Of a stretch of DNA of 64,000 nucleotides, positions 9,750 through 18,599 are shown in pieces; position 1 is the first letter of the stretch, and each line of letters starts with the position of its first letter. This DNA comes from Saccharofermentanales bacterium. GTDB lineage: Bacteria > Bacillota > Clostridia > Saccharofermentanales > DTU023. Under the pieces are notes generated by a model, which saw only the letters and a program-made list of their open reading frames with translations, was not told the DNA's origin and made no database searches. Position numbers and translations under genes: made by a program. The stretch spans positions 2,113-66,112 of the forward strand of contig JBMNTB010000004.1 in the NCBI GenBank assembly GCA_050945515.1. The letters run 5' to 3'.

Positions 9750-10772
9750 ATGAAATATTTAATCTTAGAATGTACTGAAAATGACGCTATTGCCCTCGAT
9801 GATGAGGGACGCTTCCTGCGTGTCGTCAATAATGATTATCAGGTGGGTCAAAAAGTTGAGCGGGTCACCTTATCACTGGCCAATAGCCGCAGACCGTCGA
9901 GGATAGTTTACTTTGCGCGCTCACTGTCTGCTGTGGCTGCTTCACTGATACTAGCCTTCTTCATTTATTATCTGATTGCTTTGCGCCCGGTCTCAACAAT
10001 TAATCTGGCAATCAATCCTGAAGTCACGATCAAATTAAATTCTCGGCACAAAGTCATCTCCCTCCAGGCCGAAAATCAAGATGCGGAAAATATAATTGCA
10101 GATTATTCCTATCGTGGCAAGACCGGGCATCAGGTGGTTTTGGATCTGGTCAGCGAATCGATCAGACAGGATTTCCTATCTGATGGCGGGAGAGTTTTAA
10201 TCACAGGCGACCTGTCCGGCAAAATCGTGGCAGAAGAATGGGCACATCAATTACAAAGTGATATCGACCGCCTTCTCTACCGCAACAACATCCATATTGC
10301 ACTCAAAATCGGTGTCTATGACCCCTCTCTGCGTTGGCTGGTCGATTATGCCTATGGACCTTTCGAGACCGAACCTGAGCCTGAAGAACCTACTAACCCC
10401 GAATCCGATTACAACAGTTCCTATGATGACGACGATAATACAGATAAGACCGGACATCAGGCAGACCCCGATTCTGACAGCACCTCGACCAAGCCGGCCC
10501 CAACACCTGATCGGACCAAGTCGACACCCGGGCAAACCAAGCCAACACCTAAGCAGACCATACCGGCCACATCACCTGTGACGACAAAACCTGCTCCGAA
10601 AGCGACGCCAACCACGGCTCCTACCAGCAGGCAGACTGCTGCACCAACATATGATGATGACGACACTGACTACGACGACCTCGATGATGACAACAACTAC
10701 GACGATCCCAATGATGACGACAGCGAATACGATGATCAGCCGGATGACGACAGTGAATATGATGATGACTGA
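9750..10772 (+). CDS. rsgI: Anti-sigma-I factor RsgI (RsgI_N, TM, periplasmic domain, Pro/Thr linker, acidic tail)
   Basis: N-terminal LDDEGRFLRV, one TM segment, and INP motif (AINPE). It lies immediately downstream of sigI. Confidence 0.85.
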   Translation: MKYLILECTENDAIALDDEGRFLRVVNNDYQVGQKVERVTLSLANSRRPSRIVYFARSLSAVAASLILAFFIYYLIALRPVSTINLAINPEVTIKLNSRHKVISLQAENQDAENIIADYSYRGKTGHQVVLDLVSESIRQDFLSDGGRVLITGDLSGKIVAEEWAHQLQSDIDRLLYRNNIHIALKIGVYDPSLRWLVDYAYGPFETEPEPEEPTNPESDYNSSYDDDDNTDKTGHQADPDSDSTSTKPAPTPDRTKSTPGQTKPTPKQTIPATSPVTTKPAPKATPTTAPTSRQTAAPTYDDDDTDYDDLDDDNNYDDPNDDDSEYDDQPDDDSEYDDD

Positions 10773-10921
10773 TTGAAGTATATACACGAAAGAACTTAGC
10801 CACCGACACAAAAAAGAATATGTCAACTCGGATTTCACATTGTGTGTGCTTGTTTCAGTTGCAACTTTTAGTATTTCTAAAGAAATAATGTTATAATTTC
10901 TTTAGGAAGGTGGTGAGCGGG

Positions 10922-11194
10922 ATGCCGAAAATTCGTTCCAGTACAGATTTAAGAAATAACTACAATGAGATCTCCGCTTTTTGCAACGAAACAGATGAGC
11001 CTGTATTTATTACCAAGAACGGTCGAGGAGATCTCGCAGTAATGAGCATAGAACTATACGATAAGCTTATTAATAAACAAGAGCTCTATCGTTTACTTAA
11101 TGAGGCCGAAGAGGATTTCAAATCCGGTAATGAGATGAGCTTCGACGAGTCACTCCAGGAATTGCGCCAAGCTTTAGGAGATGTGACAATCTGA
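10922..11194 (+). CDS. Type II toxin-antitoxin Phd/YefM antitoxin
   Basis: IRSSTDLRNNY...PVFITKNGRGDLAVMS signature. Confidence 0.9.
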   Translation: MPKIRSSTDLRNNYNEISAFCNETDEPVFITKNGRGDLAVMSIELYDKLINKQELYRLLNEAEEDFKSGNEMSFDESLQELRQALGDVTI

Positions 11195-11280
11195 TGAAAC
11201 AGTATAAGGTTTTAGTCAGTCGCAGATACCATCAGGACCTTAAGGCTATCCTCGGGGCGCTGTCGCAGGTTTTAATTTAA
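11194..11280 (+). pseudogene. Truncated RelE/ParE-type toxin remnant (28 aa)
   Basis: TGATG overlap with the antitoxin stop. MKQYKVLVSRRYHQDLKAI resembles the RelE/ParE N-terminus, then the frame runs into the 3' end of the convergent DUF554 gene and stops. Confidence 0.65.
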
Positions 11281-11994
11281 TATTGCGGTTAAAAGGGCTG
11301 TTACGAGCAAGCCGGGCAGAAAATTTGCCACTTTGATTTTGGTCTGCCAGAGCATATTGATGCCGATACAACAGATCATCAGAGAGCCGACAAAGGAGAG
11401 ATTGAAGATCAGGATATCACTGAGACACGGCTCGATCAGACCCGCCAGCAGTGTAATGCTACCCTGATATAAACCCATGGGCAAAGCGGCAAATAGCACG
11501 CCCACACCCAGACTGGAAGCCAAAACCAGACAGATAATACCATCCAGGGCAGACTTGGCATAGAGCATGGTAGGGTCACGAAGCAGGGCATCCTGAATGG
11601 AGCCTACTATTGCCATAGCTCCAACACAAATGATAACCGTCGCGGTGACAAAGCCTTCGACAAATTTATTATTGCCATCTCCGGCTTTGACTAAAGTCTT
11701 CAAACGTTCTCCGATTGAGTTCAGACGCTCTTCAAGGCGCCACCATTCTCCCAGAAAGGCGCCTATCACCAGACTGCCAATCATCAGCAGTGTATTTTGC
11801 GTCTCCAGCATAGTGCCGTTGACTGTCAGCAGACCGCGCAGGCCACCGGTAATGCCCACAAAGAGAACGGACAATCCCAGCGCCTGCAGCAAAATCTGTT
11901 GAAATCGTTCTTTGAGGCCGTGCTTGAGCAAGAGTCCTACTCCGCCACCTACGACGACAGCGGCAATATTGACAATTGTTCCCAAGCCTGCCAA
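11272..11994 (-). CDS. DUF554 family membrane protein
   Basis: GTIVNIAAVVVGG...FVTATVIICVGAMAIVGSIQDAL...YAKSALDG signature. Confidence 0.9.
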   Translation of the reverse strand: MAGLGTIVNIAAVVVGGGVGLLLKHGLKERFQQILLQALGLSVLFVGITGGLRGLLTVNGTMLETQNTLLMIGSLVIGAFLGEWWRLEERLNSIGERLKTLVKAGDGNNKFVEGFVTATVIICVGAMAIVGSIQDALLRDPTMLYAKSALDGIICLVLASSLGVGVLFAALPMGLYQGSITLLAGLIEPCLSDILIFNLSFVGSLMICCIGINMLWQTKIKVANFLPGLLVTALLTAILN

Positions 11995-12008
11995 ATTATA
12001 ATCCTCGT

Positions 12009-15000
12009 CTACATAATAGCGGCAGCCAGGCGCCGGCGCAGCATCTCGAGAGCATAGTCGATCTGTTCCGGTTTATGAGCCGAAGTCAGGCAATAGCGCA
12101 GCCTCGCCTGCCCCATAGGCACAGCCGGGAAGATAGCCGGCGGCACGATTATGCCGTCGTCCAGCATTTCGATACTGAGTTTGAAAGCCAGATCATCCGG
12201 CCCGATCATGATCGGTATAATCGCTGTATCCTTGGCCAGACAGGTATTAAAGCCATATTCGTGTGCCCGCTTCATGAAATAAGCGATATTGTCCTGGAGT
12301 GCTTTTACGCGGCTGTTATCCCTTTCCATGATTTCCAGCACTTTGAGCACGGCACCGGTCAGGGCGGGACTAAGTCCGACCGAGAAAGTAAAGCCCGGCA
12401 GATTATAGCGCAGATAGTCAATCAACAGTTTATCCGCTGCCAGATAGCCGCCGCAAGCGCCAAGACCCTTGGACAGAGTTCCCATCTTGATGTCAATATC
12501 CGAGGGGGCAAGATCGAAGTATTCGTCCACACCTTTGCCGGTCTCACCCAATACACAGGCCGAATGCGCCTCATCAACCATCAGGAAACAGCCGTATTTC
12601 TTTTTGATCCGCACAAATTCGGGCACCGGAGCGACATCTCCATCCATGCTGTAGGCACCTTCAACTACGATCAGCACTTTCTCATATTCATCGCGGTGCT
12701 CCTTGAGGAAATTCTCCAACTCTTCATAGTCATTATGAGGGAAGAACCGGCTCCTGGCCCGCGAGAGCATAAGACCCTGAATCACAGAATTATGACTCAG
12801 CCTGTCATAGATAATCAGATCGCCGGACCCGCAGAAATTGCCCACGAAAGTAACATTGGTAGCATGTCCGCTGACCAGGACCAGAGCATCCTCCGTACCC
12901 TTCCAGCGGGCGATCGCAGCCTCGAGGTCTTTATGGATATCTTTTTCGCCGGCAAGCAGCCTGCTGCCGCTGGCCGAAGTACCGTATTTCTCTACTGCTG
13001 CAATCGCAGCAGCATTGACCTCGGGATCGCCCGACATAGCCAGATAATTATATGACCCCAGATTGATCATTTCGCGCCCGCCCATATAGGATACATCCTT
13101 AAGAGCAGATTCTTGCGAAATGAAATAGGGATTTTGCATATTGCTGCTGGCCAGCAACTGTTCAGAACGTTGGACAAATTGCTTAATTTCTCTGATTTTT
13201 TCGAAGGCGTCAACTCGCTCTTCCGGCGTCTTCGCCCGCCCGTCCGTGCTGATGCCGGCTTTCCTTCCCGGCTTATAATCTGTACCGGACAGGTGTTCAT
13301 GGATAAGTGATGTAATATCATTGAGATTCATGCAGCTATAATACTGATCATCAACGATGGCAATATTGTATTCGCGCTCCAAGAGATTGAGCAAAGTCAG
13401 GCTGGAGAGACTGTCTCCGCCCAGATCGAGCACAAAATGCCCGTTATCTGTGACTTCTTCCAGCTTAATATCCAGTGCTTCGGCAAAGAAACCGCGGATA
13501 GTTTCCTTGATTTTTTCTTTACTAATGGTGTCGGCATCGGCCTTGGCGCCGCTTTCCGTATCCGGAGCAGGTTCAGCTTTGTCGGCTGCTCCCACTGCCG
13601 CCGGCGGCGGGGCAGTCGGCACCTCCGGGATCGCAGCCTGTTGGTCAGATGATATAGTCATGCCGGCAGCCTTCGCTTCCAAATACCGGGATAGAGTGAG
13701 TACCGGCCACTGTCCGGCGTTCAATTGTTTGGACAGCAGCTGACGCTTAACTTTCCTGGTGGTGGAAAGCGGTAGCGGTGCGAGACTAACCAGCACATTG
13801 CTGATGGCAGAGGATGGCGGCAATTTAACCATGCGAGCTTTTACCGCCTGGTCCAGTTCAGCCGGGTCGGCCTCAGGAGCCACTTCGAGCAGCAGATTGG
13901 CATATTCATAGTCGCCGTCCCGCACGCCGACGACAGACATTTGTTGTACGCCGGGCAAATCCTGGAAATTCGCTTCGACGGTGTCGGGATAGATATTTTC
14001 TCCCGAGGGCCCGATAATTACCTCTTTCAGACGACCATCAATCATGATAGCGCCATCAACCAAGCGCCCGATATCACCGGTGGGAAACCAGCTATCACCC
14101 GTGTAATCTACTGCCCGGAATTGGCCGCTCTTGAGCACACCGATATGGATGCTGCGTCCGCGCAGCAGGATTTCACCTGCGGGTGAGATCATCATATTGT
14201 CAGGTTCAAAGGGACGGCCGACATTGCCATTGCAGCGCAGGTCAATATCTTCCGTATTGCAGACTGAGATAATGCTGCCTTCTGTCATCCCGTAACCGGA
14301 ACTGAGATAGTAGCCTAAGCCATTGATGACGCGCAGCGTCTGAGCGGGAATATAGCCACCGCCGCTACAGCCGAGATAAACATCATCACCTAACAGTTGA
14401 TTGCGAATGGACTTAAGTTTCGGAGCATAATAAAAAGGCACTTTTCTGCCTGCCGCTTGGGCTTTAAGGCTGGCATCGATCATCTTGTCGAAAGCAGCTA
14501 CGGTTTTCTCACCTTCTATCTGGCGGATCCGGCGATAAAGTCCCTTGACCACCGCATTCCAGAACAAAGGTATGCTGATCACCTGGGTGACCCGATGCTT
14601 GCGACAGCTCTCCAGAATTACTTCCGGGGCCAGACTGGGAATGAAAATAAAGGTATTGCCGAGCACATAGGTCAGCATAAATACCGCCATCAGGCCGAAT
14701 ATATGGTGGAAAGGCAGGAATGCCAGGCATTTCTCATTCACTCCCGGCCGCACCCAGCGGTCTGTCTGATCGGAAAGCCTGATCAGGCAGGTAGCTAGAT
14801 TTAGAATACAGCCGCTGTCATGGACAAAGATCCTCGCATCCCCGGTAGTGCCGCTAGTGCAAAGAGCGATTCTGTCGCCCCAGCTTGTTTCCTCCGGAAA
14901 GCTGTCTGCTTCAGCGATCAGATCGGCAGCGGCCAGATAGGCAAAATCCTCATACAGCTTATCCGTGATCAGGGTTTCAGTGCCGGCTTGGGCCATCATT

Positions 15001-15329
15001 TCAATGGCATCATCCGTATTCTGCATTGAATTGAGCAAGAGCAAATCAAAGCCGGCAGCTAGGATGGCCCAAAACAAAATACAAAATTCAGGACCGTTGG
15101 GCAGCTTGAGGGCGACAAATTTTTCTTCGCTCTTAACCACTTCACGAATTTTTCCGGCACAGCCCATAACTTTCCGTTCATATTCCTCGTAGGAAAGCTG
15201 GACTAATTGCTCCTGCTTATAATATTCAAAAATATTCTTGCCACGGCCATTACGCATCATCATAGCGAAAAGATCGGCAAAATCTTGTGATACTTTCAAA
15301 TCATGTATCAGTTTTTCAATTACATTCAT
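12009..15329 (-). CDS. Tri-domain fusion: long-chain acyl adenylation (AMP-binding) domain + acyl carrier protein + PLP-dependent alpha-oxoamine synthase (SPT/BioF family)
   Basis: A-domain motifs CTSGTTG, YGMTEG, TGDIG and GENIYP. ACP motif LGGDSL (Ser codon 13410-13412). AOS motifs LGSYNYL, GSRLLAG, DEAHS and GTLSK (Lys codon 12468-12470). GAGGTG RBS before ATG 15329. Confidence 0.9.
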   Translation of the reverse strand: MNVIEKLIHDLKVSQDFADLFAMMMRNGRGKNIFEYYKQEQLVQLSYEEYERKVMGCAGKIREVVKSEEKFVALKLPNGPEFCILFWAILAAGFDLLLLNSMQNTDDAIEMMAQAGTETLITDKLYEDFAYLAAADLIAEADSFPEETSWGDRIALCTSGTTGDARIFVHDSGCILNLATCLIRLSDQTDRWVRPGVNEKCLAFLPFHHIFGLMAVFMLTYVLGNTFIFIPSLAPEVILESCRKHRVTQVISIPLFWNAVVKGLYRRIRQIEGEKTVAAFDKMIDASLKAQAAGRKVPFYYAPKLKSIRNQLLGDDVYLGCSGGGYIPAQTLRVINGLGYYLSSGYGMTEGSIISVCNTEDIDLRCNGNVGRPFEPDNMMISPAGEILLRGRSIHIGVLKSGQFRAVDYTGDSWFPTGDIGRLVDGAIMIDGRLKEVIIGPSGENIYPDTVEANFQDLPGVQQMSVVGVRDGDYEYANLLLEVAPEADPAELDQAVKARMVKLPPSSAISNVLVSLAPLPLSTTRKVKRQLLSKQLNAGQWPVLTLSRYLEAKAAGMTISSDQQAAIPEVPTAPPPAAVGAADKAEPAPDTESGAKADADTISKEKIKETIRGFFAEALDIKLEEVTDNGHFVLDLGGDSLSSLTLLNLLEREYNIAIVDDQYYSCMNLNDITSLIHEHLSGTDYKPGRKAGISTDGRAKTPEERVDAFEKIREIKQFVQRSEQLLASSNMQNPYFISQESALKDVSYMGGREMINLGSYNYLAMSGDPEVNAAAIAAVEKYGTSASGSRLLAGEKDIHKDLEAAIARWKGTEDALVLVSGHATNVTFVGNFCGSGDLIIYDRLSHNSVIQGLMLSRARSRFFPHNDYEELENFLKEHRDEYEKVLIVVEGAYSMDGDVAPVPEFVRIKKKYGCFLMVDEAHSACVLGETGKGVDEYFDLAPSDIDIKMGTLSKGLGACGGYLAADKLLIDYLRYNLPGFTFSVGLSPALTGAVLKVLEIMERDNSRVKALQDNIAYFMKRAHEYGFNTCLAKDTAIIPIMIGPDDLAFKLSIEMLDDGIIVPPAIFPAVPMGQARLRYCLTSAHKPEQIDYALEMLRRRLAAAIM

Positions 15330-15407
15330 AAAACACCTCAAAGAAAGCCCTGCAGCTTACTGTACACACGGCAGACTATTTCTGCCGTCAACAGCTAAGC
15401 GTCAGGA

Positions 15408-16424
15408 CTATTTGTTTAGATACTCCAGATGAACATCAGCCCACAATCCAGGAGTTCCGCCTGTATGAATAAAAATGGCGGTATCGTCGGCAGTAGCTTC
15501 TTGTGCCAGAAAATCCAGGAAAGCTCTGGCTGCCTTACCGGTATAACAGGGATCGAGAAAAATTGCTTCCGTAATGGCAAATGTTTTCAGGGCAGAGTAT
15601 GTCTTGTCATCCGGGATATTGTAGCCGAGCCCTGTATAAGGCTCCGTTGCCGGTCCATAATCAAGTACAAAGTCCTGCTCTGATGCGATAATGTCATTGC
15701 GACCCAGCAACTCCGCCGCTTGCTGTATGAATTGCAGAATCCGTTCAGGCAGATTGATGTTCCCGGCCGGTATTACGGGAATGCCGCGGATCTGCAACTG
15801 ATCCAGCCCTACCAGCTTTGCTCCCAGTGCTATACCTGCCAGTGTGCCGCCTGAACCCGCAGCGACAAAGAGATGGGTCGGAGTAATGCCGCTCGTCTTA
15901 ATCTGCTCTGCCAGTTCCACCATCATCAGCACATAGCCCAGTGTGCCCAGAGCGTTACTGCCACCCATCGGAATCACAAATACTTTATGACCGGCTGCCT
16001 CATATTCGGCGATGATTTCTTCGACATAAGTTCTCTTATGCCTATCTGCCACAAAGCGCAGATCAGCGTCCAGGAATTGATCCAAAATCAAATTGCCGCT
16101 AAGGCGCTCCGGGGCCTCGCCATCCAAAACCAGAATAGATTTCAGGCCATAACGCGCCGCCACAGCCGCTGTCAGCCGGCCATGATTGGTCTGCGGACCG
16201 CCGAAAGTCAGTAAAGTATCTGCCCCGGCGTCCAGAGCCGCGCACAGATGAAACTCCAGTTTCCTGATCTTGTTACCGCCCAGACCGACATCGGTCAGGT
16301 CATCCCGCTTAATCCAAAGTGATGGTATACCATGCTTAGAACCCAAGCGGGAGAGTTGCTGGAAAGGTGTCGGGAAATTCCCGATACGAATCCTCTGTCC
16401 CAGCACCTCTGTATACTTAATCAT
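15408..16424 (-). CDS. D-cysteine desulfhydrase / ACC deaminase family PLP enzyme (desulfhydrase-type residues)
   Basis: WIKRDD, GGNKIRKLEF (PLP Lys), SGGTLAG. It has LDPCYTGKA and IHTGG rather than the ACC-deaminase YEGKS/HLGG. GGAGG RBS before ATG 16424. Confidence 0.88.
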   Translation of the reverse strand: MIKYTEVLGQRIRIGNFPTPFQQLSRLGSKHGIPSLWIKRDDLTDVGLGGNKIRKLEFHLCAALDAGADTLLTFGGPQTNHGRLTAAVAARYGLKSILVLDGEAPERLSGNLILDQFLDADLRFVADRHKRTYVEEIIAEYEAAGHKVFVIPMGGSNALGTLGYVLMMVELAEQIKTSGITPTHLFVAAGSGGTLAGIALGAKLVGLDQLQIRGIPVIPAGNINLPERILQFIQQAAELLGRNDIIASEQDFVLDYGPATEPYTGLGYNIPDDKTYSALKTFAITEAIFLDPCYTGKAARAFLDFLAQEATADDTAIFIHTGGTPGLWADVHLEYLNK

Positions 16425-16770
16425 AATTCCTCCTACGTCTGTTTGCTTGTCCTTGCAGATTTTACAACGGGGAACCACCCCCCCTCATCAGTGCCAAATC
16501 GCATAAGAACACAGAATCGTAAACTTTTAATGATTATAACATGTTCGAAATTGTTAATTGAAAAATTACTGTTAATATCAGATCACTATTAATGATCAGT
16601 ATGATCCGGAACTACGCGCCATAAGAAAATACCACCGTGACCGCAGCCGATTGCTCTCTCAGTTATAATAGTTGGAAATTAGCTCGTGACAGGAAAATTA
16701 TAACGGTGAACGGGACGGACAAGTATTAAACAGGCATTTTTTTTGCTTGAGAGGAATGGTTTAGAATATC

Positions 16771-17484
16771 TTGCATTGGAACGCCTTGAGAAAAGAGCAC
16801 ACAAACCGTACTGCTGCATCTGCTGCACCGGATCACAGACGGCAATGTTTAGGTTGCGCTTGCAGAACACTATTTCTGCTTGTCGCCCTGTCCGCTGTCC
16901 TCAGTCTCAGCTCTGGCTGCACCGATAGTCCTCCGCCGTCATTTACTGTTTTTAAGTCGGAAACCGATCTTACCTCGGAAACCTCAATATCGGCCGACCT
17001 GACTGACAGCGCCGGGACAGTAAACGGTGAAACCGACACTCAGAACCGGGATTTGCCCGCAAATTGGTTCAAACCTGATGAAGCAAGTTATTTCCCCGTC
17101 GTCAAAGTCGTGGACGGTGATACTGTCATGGTCGAAATCTCAGGCCAGCGCCGCAAATTGCGTTTGATTGGAATAGATGCTCCGGAATCAGTACATAGTG
17201 ATCCTCAGGAAAATACGACAGAGGGAGCGGCCGCCTCTGACTTCCTCCGTGCCCTGCTCTCTGACCGGGAAGTGCGGCTCGAATATGACGTCAGCTATCT
17301 CGATCGTTTTGGTCGTGACCTGTGCTATCTCTATTTGCCGGACGGAACTTTTGTCAATGAAATGATTGTGCGGAACGGCCATGCCAAACTATTGACCATT
17401 CCCCCCAATATCAAATATGCTGACATCCTGAGACAAGCTCAGGCAGCGGCCCAAGAAGACCGCCTGGGCATCTGGGGGGACTGA
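16771..17484 (+). CDS. Thermonuclease (SNase) family lipoprotein
   Basis: VVDGDT, LRLIGIDAPE and DRFGRDLCY motifs; hydrophobic stretch ending in SSGC (lipobox-like). The start codon is uncertain. Confidence 0.85.
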   Translation: MHWNALRKEHTNRTAASAAPDHRRQCLGCACRTLFLLVALSAVLSLSSGCTDSPPPSFTVFKSETDLTSETSISADLTDSAGTVNGETDTQNRDLPANWFKPDEASYFPVVKVVDGDTVMVEISGQRRKLRLIGIDAPESVHSDPQENTTEGAAASDFLRALLSDREVRLEYDVSYLDRFGRDLCYLYLPDGTFVNEMIVRNGHAKLLTIPPNIKYADILRQAQAAAQEDRLGIWGD

Positions 17485-18195
17485 ATGGAAAAGAGCCGTT
17501 CAAACTACAGAAGAGGATTGCTGGCCGGTATACCGATAGCACTGGGCTACTTTGCTGTCGGGCTGACTTTCGGCATTTATGCGCAAAGTACTGGTTTTAC
17601 ACCACTTCAGGCTACCCTTACCTCTCTCTCCAATCTCTCCTCTACCGGACAGCTGGCGGGGGTCAATATCATCTCCCGCCTCGGCGGTTATGTCGAGCTG
17701 GCTACAGCGATTCTCATCATCAATATGCGCTATCTGCTGATGTCTTTTTCTTTGGTGACAAAAATCGATCCCAAGCTCTCCACTGCTAAAAGAATGCTGA
17801 TCAGCTTTGCCATAACCGATGAAATATATGCAGTTTCCAGCCAGGAAAAGGGCATTCTGGATGAGCGCTTCTTCTGCGGTCTGATGACGCTACCCATCCT
17901 GGGTTGGACCTCAGGCACACTGATCGGCTCTTCTCTCGGACCCATCTTGCCGCCCTTGATTGCCAGCGCCTTCGGCATCGCTATTTACTGTATGTTCATC
18001 GCCATTATTGTGCCGCCGGCGCGCAACAATTCTAAGCTGCTATTGATAATTCTGGCCAGCATCACCTTAAATCTGCTCTTCCTCAAGCTGCCGCTGCTGA
18101 AGAATCTGGCGTCCGGCTGGCGCCTGACCATAGTAGCGGTAATCGCCGCCGGGGCGGCCGCCATAATCTGGCCCAAGGAGGCAGTAGATGAGTGA
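17485..18195 (+). CDS. azlC: AzlC family branched-chain amino acid exporter permease
   Basis: GIPIALGYF, IINMRYLLMS and ITDEIYAV motifs. Confidence 0.88.
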   Translation: MEKSRSNYRRGLLAGIPIALGYFAVGLTFGIYAQSTGFTPLQATLTSLSNLSSTGQLAGVNIISRLGGYVELATAILIINMRYLLMSFSLVTKIDPKLSTAKRMLISFAITDEIYAVSSQEKGILDERFFCGLMTLPILGWTSGTLIGSSLGPILPPLIASAFGIAIYCMFIAIIVPPARNNSKLLLIILASITLNLLFLKLPLLKNLASGWRLTIVAVIAAGAAAIIWPKEAVDE

Positions 18196-18505
18196 GGAGA
18201 GGATTTTTGTCGGAATCCTGGTGATGGCGGCTGCGACATATCTGCCGCGGGTCTTGCCTATGCTATTGTTGCGCCGGCCGATCCGGAATTTGCGCCTACT
18301 GGCCTTTTTTGAATACGTGCCGTTTGCCGTCATAGCTGCCATGACTTTCCCGGATATTCTCTCTTCGACCGCTAATTTGCCCTCAGCCCTGGTGGGAGCA
18401 GGCATCGCTCTGCTTTTAGCCTGGCTGCGCAATTCATTGTTCACTGTAGCCCTGGGCGGCATGGCCGGCGTAATGCTGACGGAACTGATCCAATCCTTAC
18501 TCTAA
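18188..18505 (+). CDS. azlD: AzlD family protein
   Basis: TYLPRVLPM...FEYVPFAVIAAM motif; overlaps the azlC stop. Confidence 0.88.
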   Translation: MSEERIFVGILVMAAATYLPRVLPMLLLRRPIRNLRLLAFFEYVPFAVIAAMTFPDILSSTANLPSALVGAGIALLLAWLRNSLFTVALGGMAGVMLTELIQSLL

Positions 18506-18599
18506 GTCCGGTTGACAAAAACTCTGCCGGTTTGTACGCTGACTGTAATCTAAAATCAACCGGACATAGGCTCACTCAATCCTACAGCTAAGGAGCAGT

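Noticed and set aside
10430-10772. Short repeats in the rsgI 3' end as a possible CRISPR or minisatellite
   Set aside because: They are low-complexity codon repeats of an Asp/Thr/Pro-rich coding region, with no repeat-spacer periodicity.
11113-11125. TTCAAATCC resembling a tRNA-Sec anticodon arm
   Set aside because: It lies inside the antitoxin CDS (EDFKS), with no acceptor stem or T-arm.
11976-13055. 359-aa ORF antisense to the oxoamine synthase domain
   Set aside because: Shadow ORF on the opposite strand of a well-supported gene, with no recognisable motifs. The same applies to 18705..19460, 35661..36407, 59393..60076 and 60231..60851.
12009-13200. Annotation of the fusion's C-terminal domain as plain BioF
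   Set aside because: No biotin genes are adjacent, the motif variants (SYNYL, GHATN) are SPT/PKS-like, and it is fused to a long-chain adenylation domain and an ACP. BioF activity is not excluded but is not favoured.
16484-16491. CUGAUGAG hammerhead-like core in the desulfhydrase leader
   Set aside because: No downstream GAAA and no three-stem junction can be formed.
4860-16614. 13-mer TGATCCGGAACTA present at 4860-4872 and 16602-16614
   Set aside because: One exact 13-mer pair among several kb of intergenic DNA is about what chance predicts. The match does not extend and is not palindromic.
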